A DNA stretch of 64,000 nt from Botryllus schlosseri (Eukaryota): positions 37,388,001 to 37,452,000 of the forward strand of contig CM119371.1 in assembly GCA_051294905.1 (NCBI GenBank), written 5' to 3'. Positions 50,019 to 64,000 of this stretch are shown one piece after another; position 1 is the stretch's first letter; every line of letters starts with the position of its first letter. The notes under the pieces are model-generated. The model saw nothing but the letters and a program-made list of their open reading frames with translations. It was not told the DNA's origin and did not search any database. Both the position numbers and the translations under genes were made by a program.

Positions 50019-51886
50019 CGTATACATAATTGCCAACAAGTAGATTTCAGACGACAAGATCAAGCAACTTGAACGCCTCGTCGTCGGCCTACTGTGGAGT
50101 CCTTCGAAACTCGAGCAAAAAAACAGAATGCAACTATTCAGACCCAAGCCAGAAGGAGGGATTGACAGGCCAGATATTGAAGCTACAACGCACGCAAAGA
50201 GAGCAAAAAGGCTACAACTTGGGAGCCCGATTGTTATCTGGCACGCGACATACAATCTGACAACGAAAGTGAGAGATATAAATTGCAATTTGTACAACAA
50301 CATCTACCCTCACAACCCTGACGGAGGAATGGAGGAAGGAAAAGGAAATCTTCGACGTAATCAGAAGCCAATCACAAGATGTACAAGAACAAAGCCGGCC
50401 AAAGCCCACGAGAAGCTTTTGACTGAACCACGAGGTTATTTTCGAAATTAGTAATATTATCAAAAATGAATTGGCCCGATTGTGAACTTGTAGCAGCCGT
50501 GCTCTATACTGCCCCTTATGTCAGCTGTAGTATCGTCGCACCGTGCTTTCACTTCCTTTTTTGCTTTTGGCCGCTTCGGCGGACGGACATATAATAAAAT
50601 CTCTGCAGCATTGTTGAATCGTGTGTGATCAACTACAGACGGAGGTCCCTTTACAAACTAGCAAGTACAACAAAAAATATGATTAGTCTCGCCGCAACGC
50701 TTGGGATGTGACTAGATCATCAGTTCCGACGCATCGGCAGATCCATGGGCCAGTCACATTTCTGGTAGATCTTCGTTTATTACAATAAAACAGAATATTC
50801 TGCGTCAGGTTTATCGAAAGTAAATTTTCTTCATGCTTCCCGCAATATGTTGTCACTCGATTTCTTGCTTTGAATGTTGTTACCCCTCCTGAAAATGAAA
50901 GAACACCTAATATACCAGATTGAGTATGCTATATCTATACTCACAATTACGAGAGAAAGCGTTGTACAACATGCGACCTTGCATTTGCGCTTGCAGAAAG
51001 ACCGTCGACGATGAAACCTATGCATAAAATGATTGACGCATGTTGGCCAAAGCTTTCGATATCGATATGTCCAGGCGCCGAATTGTCAAGTCCTTAAAAA
51101 CTGAACCCAGCGATATACAGCTATATTATTGACCTTCGCGCGGCTATTGGCCCTCGCAATAGTTCGTCTCTTGCATGAGGCCCTTTGGCCGAAAAGGTTG
51201 ACCCATCCTGGGCTATACCAACCCAATATCAAAGATCACATTGACAACACGCAACGTGAGATCTCGTATTGCATTAATGCTGAGAGTTTTACCGGCTCCA
51301 GAAAAACCAACGCGGGTTGGGTACGAAGAAAAGACGCCTACTTGAAAAACAAACGCGAATTCTGCCAACACGCCGACGATACTCTGCGCCATACCTTCAC
51401 ATAATGTGCAACTTACAAAAAAACTGTTCTCTCTTGTAATACAGGACCCCAAAACGGCTATTGACGCTACACCCGACGAGATCATGCGCAACGTATACGA
51501 CGGACCGCAAGCTCCCACCATAATAAAAGCTTTTATGAACGTGAAAACCCTTGTTTGGGAATGGAGAAATGTACTCGACATCCAAAATGAATACGATCAA
51601 AGTATTGACCAGCGCATCAACGATATAAGAAGTAAAATATACCAAAAAATTTAAGCGAGCCCACTAAACGCTCTGATACCACGCGATAAATGGAATCGTA
51701 TCGTATTTGTCGACCCACAAAACCCAGTCAATCCACCCGCAACCTATCCCAACCCCCTAACCTCCCATGCCATCCCCTTTACCCCATCCCCTAAACGGCC
51801 TAAACCCTTCCCCAACCCATCTATCCCTGCCCCTCAACCCCACCACCACTCCGCACCGAATACCCAACACACAACCCAAACCATAC

Positions 51887-52206
51887 GGTGTCCGGTCAAT
51901 ACCGAGGATGCTATTACCTAGAAAGACATTACCGAGAATGGACATTACCGAGAATGGGCAATACCGAGAATGGACATTACCGTGAACGGACACCACCAAG
52001 AATGGACATTACCGAGAATGCAATATATGCAATGCAGGCATGTTATGCATATGAACAGGCCGTTTGTGTGCATCACGGCGTTGCCACATTTCTCAGGTAT
52101 CAATTTCTCGAAAACGTCCCGTTACATCAAGTTAGCTTCTTGACATAGGCCATTCTCGGCAATGTCCGTTCTCTGTAATGTTCATTCTCGGTAATAGTAT
52201 GGAACC
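51887..52206. mobile_element. MITE with 9-bp TSD and 15-bp internal repeats (Mutator-like)
   Basis: TSD AAACCATAC at 51878-51886 and 52207-52215; GACATTACCGAGAATG repeats inverted between the two ends. Confidence 0.8.
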
Positions 52207-52956
52207 AAACCATACATCAAACGAATACAAGAACTTAATATGAAAAATACACGCAAACGAGCGCCAACTACCGGTGGATCCTACTACGTCCGCGACTGCA
52301 AATCGACATCAACTTCTGCGATGAAAATAACCGAACGACTACGAGCGCCAGCTAACGACGGCTTCTACTACGACCTCGACTACAAATCCGACTTCAGCAA
52401 CAGCTGAGACGAGATGACCCGATAACGGGGAAATATTTTCTTTTATGAAATTATTGCTATTTAATGTACATACTTGAATAAAAGTCACTCAAACAGTCAC
52501 ACCAAAGACTCGAAAACTGGTATCCGTGACTATCCTGCTATGCGCTCAGCATCCACCGATATAGCATCGTGGAGAAACAAAAAGCGGGGGTGCTGACTAG
52601 ATGACCTTACGGTCGTATCGAACCTCCGTCGTCAAAAGCATCTCGATGGTCAGGCGAAAACGACTAGCCCCTCCTCTCTCTCTCTCTAATGGTATGCATC
52701 AATATGAATCAAGCTCTGCACCTTTCGTATAACTCAATTTGCAGCTTTTGACAACCAATGCGAACGAATTACGATCGTTTTTACAACTACTTACCTAATT
52801 GACTAGATTTAAAGTCAGTCAATTCTACTTCTACTTCTAGTAGTTTTAGGTTGCTTTTGTAAGAAATAGGCTACTTCTACTCGTACTTGAGTGCATTTTT
52901 CCGTCGCTACTTCTACTTCTACTTGAGTGGCTTTCTTGACTACTTTGACGACCTCT

Positions 52957-53100
52957 ATTGTATTTCGACTTGAATGTGGACTGGACATGCTCGATGACTG
53001 TCGTATATAGCCGGCGAGATACTGTTCTGCAAGGTCCGGCATATTGGATGGATCGATGATCTTTTTTGTCTACCATATGGTAGTTGGACGACGCGGACAT
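52957..53100 (-). mobile_element. Short fragment of the CR1/L2-like LINE family at 36 kb
   Basis: Diverged match to 36080-36225. Confidence 0.7.
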
Positions 53101-56100
53101 GTTTCGTATGCTGTGATACCACCGATGTTCCCTCTAATTTTCGACGAGTCGGCGTACATTCACCAAATCACTGCGCAGACTCTTGGACAAAAGTGCGTAA
53201 CGACTAAAAAAGGTCATTTTTTGTGCGCATCTTAGATCTTCTGTGTACAGAGACCGTGTCAGCACTGCGCATTTGCGCACGTGCGCAGCTTAGAGGGAAC
53301 CTTGGATGCGACCAATCGTGGTTTCAAGGCTTCCACAACGGAAAACACTGTCGTTAGTATAATCACTATGTACTCTAAAAAATCATCTCCCACTTCATCT
53401 GGATGCTGATACTTGATTCGGAATTAAATCACTCTGGCACTCGCTTGAAACTAACGCCGGTAACCGCGTATTATGAGAAGAAAACACGATGCTATTGAGA
53501 TGAGTTGAGTTTATTGTTAATAATTTCATCCACACCGCAATATTGCGAAACAATGTCAAGACAGGAAGGTGTCGAAACGACTTGGCAAATGTTACGGAGA
53601 TCACAGAAATCTTTGGTTATTTTTCAAATCATTGGTAATTATAAACGTGAATCCCTGGTCATTTGCAACATTTTTAGTCATTTACAATAGGCCTTTTGCA
53701 GGACTTCGATCACGTGACTAGATACGCATAGCAACCACAAATTGGTTAGCAAGCTACTTTCTCGCGCACCTGCTTCAGTGCTAAATATCGCATAGTGTAC
53801 TGTTGATTTATGGTTGTAAACGTTTCGGAAATTTGTTATAGAAGTCATCAGAGATTTACCTGTGCTAGACGTCAATCCTGTACAAAGCACATAGAATGAT
53901 ATCGTCAGAATTACGCAGAAATCCGTCGTTAACGTAGCAGTATTTTGGATACAGTATATTATCGTTTTCGGGCTGTAAACGTTTTATATAAAACGCAAGT
54001 GTCGTGGAAATGCGCAAGGATTCAAATATGTTGGATGTCTTTGATTCATGAACTATGTAAACTCTTTGCGTCAAAATGATCGACATTGTAGCCGTTATTT
54101 GGTAGTCAACTATGATTTTATGACACAAAATTCGACATTGCAGGACATTGACTGCGTGATATTTATTGCAGCATTAAGTTAGGTGTGGATAGTATACTAT
54201 ACTATAGTTGTATTGTAGTGGTAGTTGGTAATCATTGCAGCATTTTAATGATTGATATCGATTGCAGTATATATAGGATACTGCTATATATTTTTAAGCC
54301 TAGAGACAATGACTGCCAGTGCCAGTACGTTGATGTGTTATGAATTCATGTAATGTGCTACATACCATATATATATTAAACATCCTATGCTATTGTATGG
54401 CTTCTCAGTTAAACAATTCAAAATATTTAGACCTCTACACCTATATTACAAGTTATTGATCATTCTGTCATGCTGCCAAGTGCCACTACCGGAAGAAAAA
54501 TGATCATCAGCTCCAATTGAGGTTACAACAAACTGTCCCGAGACCTGAATTACTTGATTGATTGCCTGGATTGGATTACTTCACTCTGTGGCACAGTACA
54601 AATATCTTGAGTTTCAAGACATGGCTATACCACATGTATACGAATTAATGATTTGATGGATTATCCCAAGAGAGCCGAACATAGGCAACTAAGAAATTGA
54701 TGATGCCCTCGTCAAGAATTCAGCCTGGAGCCAATTATTATCACCACATAAAATTCGGTCATGCGGTAGAAGGCAGCGTGGTTTCATGCCAACAGAAAAT
54801 GTCAGCAGATGATCTGACCACTGACTAACTGTCCTGAACTTATTCCCCGATGTTGATGTCTGCTTTGAAAATGATATTTCATTAGTGTACAGCAAGACAA
54901 GTGCTCTTCCGTGGATGCTATGAATATGTCTAGACAAGTGGCTACCCAGCAAACACAAAACCGTAAAAGGATCATCCGGGATCATCTCGATTAGGTTCTG
55001 ATTTTCTAAGTGTCGAGGGAATGTCTAAAATACGTAGTAGGATGGTCTTGTGGTTATATTCAATCAGAATAAATTCATACTCGGTGTTGTTCCATCTCAT
55101 GCATTAGGCTTCGTTATATCCGGTAGTTAACCTAATAATGCAAATTTTCTATCTCTCGCGGGTACGACTAAAATACGTAGAAAGGATGACTTTGTCGGTA
55201 CATTCAATCACGATGAATTCTATCCGGTTTTGTTCGATCTCATGCGGTAGCTTCGTTCTATCCATTAGAAAACAATGTTCTCCCTTCGTTTTATTGCGTG
55301 AGGATGTCACCGGTGTTGTATATTCGTGTTGTTGCTCTAAGGTCGAATAGCTTTGTTTTCCTCTGATATATATGATCTTCATTATATATATATTCGCTCT
55401 TTCGGTAATCTCGCATGTTCAACGAGTATGGTTAATAGTTTTATTCAGAGAATAACTAAATAAGTGATATGTTGTACGTTTAGGAATATGATTATCGATG
55501 CGTGACTTCTAGAATATTTCGGCGATTCAAATTTTACGTCATCGCGCCATACAAAGATTTGAAGCGCAACAGGTCGCAGCCAGGCATAGTTCGCTCTTTC
55601 TGTATGGTAAATGCCGTAAATATATAGGAATTGTGACTGACTGAGGTAGCGGGTTAAAGGTATATATGCAGTAGCATATAGCTTATGGGGTATTTCGAAT
55701 TGCCTGTAGTATATGACGCCTAGAGCTGTTTGACTTTCTGCAAAACAGGTGTAGACAACTATAGAAAAGTTTCAGCTTTTCCAGGTTAGAATTAGAGCTA
55801 AACCGTTTTTCCGAATTAGATTACAATTATATTGCGGGCATTTCGCTCTAATTTAGTGAAATTAGACCACTATAATTCGCTTCAAACATCTGAATTACCG
55901 GTACCTATACCTACGGTATATCATAATATTTATGCTTGAATTTTCTAGGTATATAAGTCATATAGATACATTCCTGTAGAACACTGATTCATGATTTTAT
56001 AAAAGTTGGTGCAAGAATGGAAATTTTCAACTTGATGTTGATTAATGGAGCAAAATTTGATATTTGAGTGCAATTATACCTCGAATCCAGTGACAAGATT

Positions 56101-56446
56101 ATTAATCGTTGAAACCAAACGCAGCTTGATTATGTTGGCCAGAGAATTTGGCTAGCCAGACCATATTGATGGAATATGGTCACAGTAAGATAATATTTTG
56201 GGCTATTTTACATGAACTTTCCAACATTTGATTTGATATGTCCACTAAAACAGTTGTTATTCTGCTTTCGAATAAGACCTTAATTGCTGGTTTCAATGGT
56301 AACTGTGTTTGTCAAAGGCTGCAAAGGTAATTTCTTTTCCTTGTTAGATGTTTATTTGTTTGTTTGTGGTGTTCATGGTGGTGGTTCGACTACACTGGTC
56401 ATTTTACACCAGGCCGGTTCTTATTATTATTATTCCGTATCTGCCC

Positions 56447-57336
56447 GATTACCAGTGAACTCGGCACTTGGTGAATTCGGCCGCACAAACTAGGCACTTG
56501 GTGAATTCGGCCGTGGTAGATCTCGTAGCGGTACCGGTCACCATGATTGGTTACTGGAATGTTTGCCGGTGAACTTGGCACTTTGAGTGGTTGTCAATGT
56601 TGTACGGCGGTCAGGGCATGCGTAGATCACACAGTCACGGCGTGATTAGATCACAGATTGCGTAATTGCGGGAAATAACGCGACGCTCTTCACTTGGTGA
56701 ACTCGGCCCTTGGAGGAATTGGCACTAGAACACCTTCGCATTAGAAATGCATTTAGTATGAATGAACAGTATCAAAAAGGAAATTTAAACGTGTCGTGGC
56801 TCGTGGTAGATCTCGTAATCTTGGGATCCTTCAACCGTGTTATCGAGACACCCTAATCCCAGAGTGGAATCGTCTCTCCAAAGGCAAAAAATAATTTATT
56901 TTGACGTGATCATGCGAAACATTTGTTGATGAGGAACACTGGCTTGTCGTGATCGATAAACGAAGAAGCGCCGCTTGATGTTCCACAGTTTTGATCTCAC
57001 ATACAACGCCAAGATCCATCTTCTCAAAACTTACACGACACAGGCCCGTGACTCACGCCATCGATTCCAAGCAGACCGGGCGTGGTCGGTATATGAGCGC
57101 TGTGTTATTTCCCGTGGCTACGCAATCCGTGATCTAATCACGCCGTGACTGCGCGATCTACGGATGCCCTGACCTCCTTACAAGATTGACGAATCACTTG
57201 ATAATACTATTATTAGTTTGATAAATCATATTAATAGCTGTAAATACACTTCATTTCAAAATTTCCCGAGGGCCGAATTCACCAAGTGCCGAGTTTGTGC
57301 GGCCGAATTCACCAAGTGCCTGGTGCATCGGCAACC
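56447..57336. mobile_element. MITE with 8-bp TSD and GGCACTTGGTGAATTCGGCC subterminal repeats
   Basis: TSD ATCTGCCC at 56439-56446 and 57337-57344; empty site in the related repeat near 25448. Confidence 0.8.
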
Positions 57337-57969
57337 ATCTGCCCACTTACAGCACGGCCCACTCCTAGGCTTTTTAAGACATGGCTATGCGAATCAGATG
57401 GCGAGGAGGAGCCTAGATAAACGGCCAACACTTCGGTAGGAATTATGTAGTCGACGTGTCACGCTCGAACCCGCAATTCATTGGTGTTTAGCTATAATGG
57501 AACGTACCACTACGTTTCCTCGCCATACCTTGTAAAATGAGACCGTAGCATTTGGCATTTCGTGTGGCAATTGACTTTTGTGTGGAAAATTGTGTTCGTT
57601 TTAGAACTTATCCGAAACTTTTATTCCGCCATAGATTGTATATGATAAAACAATATCGGAATTGATCCTAGAAGAATTCCAAAGCAACTCACCACAAAGG
57701 AGGATTTAAAGAAGTTTGATGGAAAATTGAATGAAAGCAAAAGCCTTTGCAAGAGATGTGGTATGTTGAATCTGTTTTGGTATTTTTAAATGGGCCTACT
57801 TTGTTGTGCCGATAGCAGACAGTATATATAAACGTAAGATGTGGAAGCTATCAAGGTGTTTTTAGAAATTCAGTCAGTCAAAGTGGACGATCGTATTGCT
57901 TGGATTATATTTAGGCTTATTTTAGCATCTTTGAGATGCAACTCTAAACGTGGACGGTCATGAACAGTA

Positions 57970-58631
57970 GGGCTCTTCAAAAATGACTTTTTTTCTCAAA
58001 TCGTACTGGCTACTTGATAAAATTGTTAGGTTGCCTAATTTAAGCCTACAAACAAAATATGGTTCAAATCCAGCCAGTATCCGCTTTGCTACAAGAGAAG
58101 AAAGTTCCTATTGATTATATAAAAATGAATAATAAAAAATTTGAAGATTTTCTGTTAACCCCATGAAAGTGTTAGGCTGTCTATAGAAACGATGCTCACC
58201 AAATTTGGTTCAATTCCAACCAGTTGAAGCGGAGTTATTGCTGTCGAAAAATTTGGATTTTAATAAAATAGTACTTACGGTGAGCACAACTTTAATAAGT
58301 AAACAAAGAATCGGTCACCGTAAATACTATTTTATTCAAATCCAAATTTTTCGACGGCAATATCTCCGCTTCCACTGGTTGGAATTGAACCAAATTTGGT
58401 GAGCATCGTTTCTATAGACAGCCTAACACTTTCATGGGGTGAACAGAAAATTTTCAAATTTTTATTACCTATTTATTTTTATATAATAAATAGAAACTTT
58501 CTTCTCCTGTAGCAAAGCGGTTACTGGCTGGAATTGAACCAAATTTTGTGTTTAGGCTTAAATTAGGTAACCTAACATTATTATCAAGTAGCCAGAACGA
58601 TTTGAGAAAAAAAGTCATATTTTAAGAGCCC
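57970..58631. mobile_element. Fold-back MITE, near-perfect ~660-bp palindrome
   Basis: GGGCTCTT.../...AAGAGCCC ends; ~300-bp arms; TA on both flanks. Confidence 0.85.
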
Positions 58632-61600
58632 TAATGTCCATGTGAGAGAAACGTTTTAGGGTAGGCCTACTCATATGTCTCGCAGCGTTTTCTACATAAT
58701 TGTCAATTGCGATACAAACTGTTTGCTTGTATTGGTAAAGCCATCCAACTTCGAATTGTAAAATGTTGGGAGTCTTGATATCAAATTTTTGAAAGGTGCA
58801 CTTTGAGAAGATTTCGGAATCTGTCAAATTATACAAAAATTTAGCAAATTCTTTGACATATTTCATCTATTTGGGACTCGATCAACGTAAAAGAATTGGT
58901 AATCATTTTATACAATGTATTGTATTTGTAGTTGAAGTATAGTAATAATTCTTATGGTTACCGCACTTGTAACGATTCACGGCCATAACTGGAATAATTA
59001 GAATGATGTAACTTTCAAATTGTCATGCATTTTGCAACCACATTGTTCTCAATTTTCAAGGTGCTGACCATTCGAGGAAGAATCACCCACCGGGAATTCA
59101 CGATCCGTAAACGCGGCCGACTGTTTCTCTCCTCAAGCGGAAGCGACAGAGAAGAGGAACGAAGAGAAAAAAGGAGCAGAAATAGCAAGAGTGTGACAAG
59201 TCGCGTCCGTTCGCTTTAATGCGTATTTCCATCCGCGAAGTAGTAGGTGGGAAAACTAATGGGCGTTTGGTTAGGGCTTATATAAGGTTGACTCCAGCGC
59301 TGTATTTGCTTAATGTTGCTATGAAATAGGGGTGGTGTCATTTAGTATCAATATTGACTATTGAAAGACCATTTGTTAGTGGTCATGGATTTGTTCGGCC
59401 AGTATGCAGTAATTTCTGATGGTCACTTCCCGGGCTTCTGTTCTCTAACCCCTCATGATTGTTATTCTGCTTCTAGTAAGACTGTCGATTCTAATGTTTT
59501 ATCGTATCATTTGTCGGAGGTTTCGCTCGCTTTATTTACAACGTTTTGCTCTCTGCTAGGTCAATTACTGGCTGAGTATCACTACAGCCTAAGAAACTGC
59601 ACTAATTCTCATTTTAATGTCTTGCTGGTTATCTTGCTGTCAATTCTAATAATTTATTAATGTCTATACCAGTGCCGCCATTCAAATGTTTTGTTCTCTG
59701 TACACAATATTGTTAGGTCTTCAGCTTTCCAGGCAGAGTATCATTCCACTTTCTAGACTTGAGTATATATCTCTCCAACTAGCTGCCAAATAACTGATTC
59801 ATTTGGATTGTTGAATTGATCATTTTGGACAGAATGTGAAGAAATTTTAGTCAAGAATTCTTTTTGTGTTAGTGGCTGTTTTCAAAGAGTGCTGAAGTAG
59901 TCATCGTTGATCTTGATAATCAAGTAGAAGTGACGATTGAAGTCAGTTCTCTAGTCATATAATATTTAAAAATATAATAATAAAACTTGAAAACTTGAGT
60001 GGAAATAGTTCAGAATCGAATCCATTTTAGTAAGTATGGGCGAAAAAAATGTAGGAGTCATTCGTTAGTCGCTACCTCTGCCATTTTCGCAGTACGAATG
60101 TCTTAGCTATTAATCATCATTTTCATTTTATTTCTGCAGGGTGTTGAGAAAAAAGGCCGCATGCTGGTTATTTAACTGGCTCATCAGAAGATGAAACCTG
60201 ATGATAAGGACTGTTTTCACTTTCTTTCTAAAGACATTCGTTCGTTTGTTCGTTTTATTTTTTACAACGGCATTATTGCCAATTCGTTTGAAATTAAATT
60301 ATCACAAATGTGATTAATATGTAGTAAATAATGTGGTGTGTGTACGCAGCCGTGATCAGGTTAAGCCCATAGTGGTAGAAAACAGGTTATTATATCAGGA
60401 TCTTCTTCTTCTAACGTAGGATCTACATTCTACTCACCATGTTTAAAGGCTGTAGCATCTGCATAATATTTACATTATTGAAGGACATGGAAAAGACGTT
60501 GAATTGAGTCGACACAAAATCCCCCTTTCTACGACCTGCCGAGATCTAATATCTACTATATCGGCTCGGCTTTTCTACATCTTTGGTCTGTACTGTGTTT
60601 GCTGGGTATGGAGGTAGAGGAAAATACATAGGCATAAGAGTCTCGGCAGTTATTGAACTTGATAAGGTTAACATGCATTTTTCTTCAACTATTTCTTATG
60701 CTCTGGGTATCGAATGCACAAAAATTAATAAATTGCACTTCTTTGCAAGTTTATTTGTAAATTCAATGGATCAAAGAATATCATAAGTTCAGAATATTAC
60801 GGAGTCAATGCAAAAGAAACAATGTTAGTCGTCTTTAGAGGATGTTTCGGAGTTGGTGAACCAATACACAGAGGGGGTCAGCAACGAAGTACTATTTTAC
60901 CTGAGTACTAGCGTCATTATGAGTTTAGGCTACTTCCACTTCTACTTGACACTTTTAAGGTAGTACTTTTTTGTCAGGTTTGGGATTTTGTCAACTAGAA
61001 AGTAACTTTGGCGCATGATTGCATCCCCTTCCAGCAGGAGGTCGTCATAAAATCTGGGCAAAATAGCCAAAGTACCACGGTAACTAAATTAATATTTGAA
61101 AATTGCACCTATTTGTGGTGTCATCACCCTTTTGCGTTGATCAAGAAGATGCAACATGCAATGTTTACAGTTGTCACATGGCATCAATTTCTTAAACTAA
61201 GTGATCCTCAACCAAATCTACTTCATGTAACGAATTTCTTGACTACTTTTCAGAAATTCATTTCTACTTCCACTTGAAGTACTTTGGACATGTCCTGGAA
61301 GTAATTAGTGCTACTTGTACTGGAGTATATATTAAGGCATTACTTCTACTCGGTTCCTAACAATGACCACGTTGACCACCTCTGGGTATAGGATGACCGA
61401 TCTTGTCACTGCGTTTGAGCTGCTCTAAGAGTTATTTGATAGTTACTTCCCTTAGTTCGCTAAACAGCGCACATATGTGACATCAACTATTTATCAAAAT
61501 CGCGTGTGATTTGCCAAATCCACTTCAATCGCAGTTGTGAAGTAGTGCTAATAAAATCGGCATTGTATAAGGCAACAATAAAGTGCACTGCTTTGCTTAG

Positions 61601-64000
61601 TCTTGATGGCAGGTTCTCCCAAAAGATACTTCCGATGTGTTCAGCGACATTTGTTTTATAGCAGCACGCCAGCACCCAAACCAGCAGACAGTATATCCTG
61701 ATCCTTGCGGGTCCCGGCTGCTTCAGTCATATCTTCCATCCAAAATCAGGCTCTACAACAGACAAATAGTACTGCTTGAACTAACAAATACTCTTACCAG
61801 AATATAAACCAATCGCTTTACTTCAAATGCATAAATTTAAGTACATATGATCAGAGTTGAGTACCGTAATACGACTACGTTACCGATGGATTTCTGCGTA
61901 ATTCTGACGATATCATTCTAAATGCTTTGTACAGGATTGACATCTAGCATAGGTGAATCTCTGATGACTTCTACAATAAATTTCCGAAACGTTTACAACC
62001 AGAAATCAACAGTACACTATGCGATATTTAGCACTGAAGCAGGTGCGCGAGAAAGTAGCTTGCTAACCAATTTGTGGTTGCTATGCGTATCTAGTCACGT
62101 GATCGAAGTCCTGCAAAAGGCCTATTTATAACACTCCTGCGGTGTGTAGATCTGCGGAAATTATTAATAAACCGATACTTCATTTGAACCGACAGCTCTG
62201 TAGATTTATTCATATCCTGCTTATATTTTGTTTTGAATTTTAAATTCGTTCGTTACATCTTTTTATTGTTGCCTGCTACTTTTGTTGTTGTTCCAACTTC
62301 AAACTAACCACTGTTCGACCTGTTTATTCTTGACGCGGGATTCGACCAAGGGCGAAGCCAGAAAAAATATTTGGGAGGGGCGAAAAATTCGATGACGTAA
62401 ATGAATAGCCCCCTTAAAGATAAGTATAAAAAATAGGTAACAATAACGATATGGTCTTGGGCCCTTATTGGATGATTAACACGGCACCTGGGGCGATCGT
62501 CAAGCATATATTCCACTCACAGACATAAATTGATGTGATAATATAATGATAGTGGAAATCTTGGGCATCGACACTTTCGCGAGAAAATTTTTCAGGGATA
62601 TGAATGAAATTGGTTCCTTGTATTGTTACTTGCATATTGCAAATACGTTTTAATTATCAGATTCACCGGTAGGGCTGATATATGTGGTGTCATCGAACAT
62701 TCAGGGGGCACTTAATTATACATATTGAACTATATATGTTCATACAACACGGCAAGCTATTTATGAATTTCTAGATGGTGGACACCGGGCGTGACAGTTA
62801 ATTGTCATATCTTCCCGTTACTTTAGGACTTGCGGTGAATGCTGTCCCCATTCAAAAGATCGCTCACGCGCAGGATCTTATACCCACGTAACCAGAAAAA
62901 AATTGTGGGGGGAGGGGGCAAATTGTTAATGAGTTTAGGGGAGCTCCCCCGTGGGAACACCTCGCAGAACCGTACACCGTTCCATTGCCTATTTTCATCA
63001 CTACCCTTGTATACATACGACCCTTAGTCACACGCACACGCATACCCTATGGAAGCTTCGAGTTGCCAACTATAGCTTGTATTAGGCGATCGTTTCACGG
63101 ACGAGCCCGGATTGCTGAACGGTCAGTGTGAGTTTCGGGCCTATAGTCGCGCCGACCGTAAATATTTTTGAATAAATAAAAGAATTTGATCGATAATATT
63201 GGTGCGTGTATACGAGCAAGTGGTGTCCATTCTTGGTAATTACTTTGTTGAAGCTAGGTTATCTCATCGTAAGCTCTTGTAAAGATCGACGCTACTTGAA
63301 AGATTGGAATCGCTGATACATATACCAAATCGAATCAAGAAAAACAAACTCCTTTGATCAGACTAGTGCGATTTCAAATTAGCCCTTTTTAAGGGGAGGT
63401 GGCGATATTTTCCTGTGTCAAACGCATTTATGTCGAAGGGGTCTGATTGCAGGGATAGGATCATCACTCGCCAGCCATTTAAGCAACCGAAAATCTATAT
63501 CGAAGGCTTCGGAATACATGCGTCGGTTTTATGGCCGTCAATCAATTGGGAACGCACTTAGCGGAGTCGCGTGTACCCTACTCTATATGTCTTCGTGTGT
63601 CCCGGAACGGAAATTGCCGGAACTAACATTCCCCAACCCACATACTAAACTGAAACTCCTCTAAACTCAATCAACTCAACGACCTCGAGCTACTCGACTC
63701 TATAGATAGTGTATCTACTGGTACTGTTGCATTCTTATAATTTCGAATGCAACAAAATTCAACTATGGGTATATGCGGAAGAATTTATTTTTCGGGATAC
63801 TGATAATAAAATCAAGACACGTAGGAACAATAAATCGCGCGAAGCGCGAATAAAATTTTTAGGTTACATTCATCTGCCCAAAAATACTGTAATATTAAAT
63901 GATTTTTCGAAAATTTTCCAAAAAATTGGGAAGGGGCGATCGCCCCTTTCGCCCCTCCCTGGCTACGCCAGTGGATTCGACGCTTTTGTACTCCATTGAT

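Larger units (their letters stand above)
48385..52485 (+). mobile_element. Decayed L1/Tx1-like LINE 3' part, interrupted by DNA transposons
   Basis: QFADDVTLYL, IKILGL, MGKITAVKAYIISKITY, LFRPKPEGGIDRPDIE, FCQHADDTLRHTF (zf-RVT-like); C-rich 3' UTR; AATAAA near 52477; many frameshifts. Confidence 0.75.
53689..62123. mobile_element. ~8.4-kb DNA transposon with ~250-bp TIRs, probably ISL2EU/PIF-Harbinger group, decayed
   Basis: TIRs 53689 to ~53937 and ~61875-62123 beginning AGGCCTTTTGCAGGACTTCGATCACGTGAC; AT on both flanks; weak decayed THAP- and DDE-like peptides on -. Confidence 0.7.

Noticed and set aside
62130..64000. Short ORFs at the window end
   Set aside because: No recognisable motifs; the sequence looks like MITE fragments and intergenic DNA

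Overview
Eukaryotic DNA, most likely from an invertebrate animal (spliceosomal GT-AG introns, about 40% GC or less by eye), and dominated by nested transposons. Host genes: two convergent, paralogous C-type-lectin-domain genes with Thr-rich stalks, one partial on + (7572-12528) and one complete six-exon gene on - (45876-38665). The main find lies between them: a 16.1-kb element (16761-32876) with Polinton/Maverick-type AGTAGT termini and a perfect 6-bp target-site duplication (TSD, GGTGTT). It is almost entirely a giant palindrome, with ~5.6-kb arms around a ~770-bp spacer, and is inserted into an older, diverged copy of its own family. Other elements: a young Gypsy LTR element whose primer-binding site (PBS) is an abnormally long tRNA-Leu copy fused directly into RT; three Penelope-like elements, each with a minimal hammerhead ribozyme; a deleted BEL/Pao element; CR1/L2-like and L1/Tx1-like LINEs; an ~8.4-kb element with long terminal inverted repeats (TIRs), probably ISL2EU-like; and many hAT-type MITEs with 8-bp TSDs. 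All alignments and family calls were made by eye; no searches were run.
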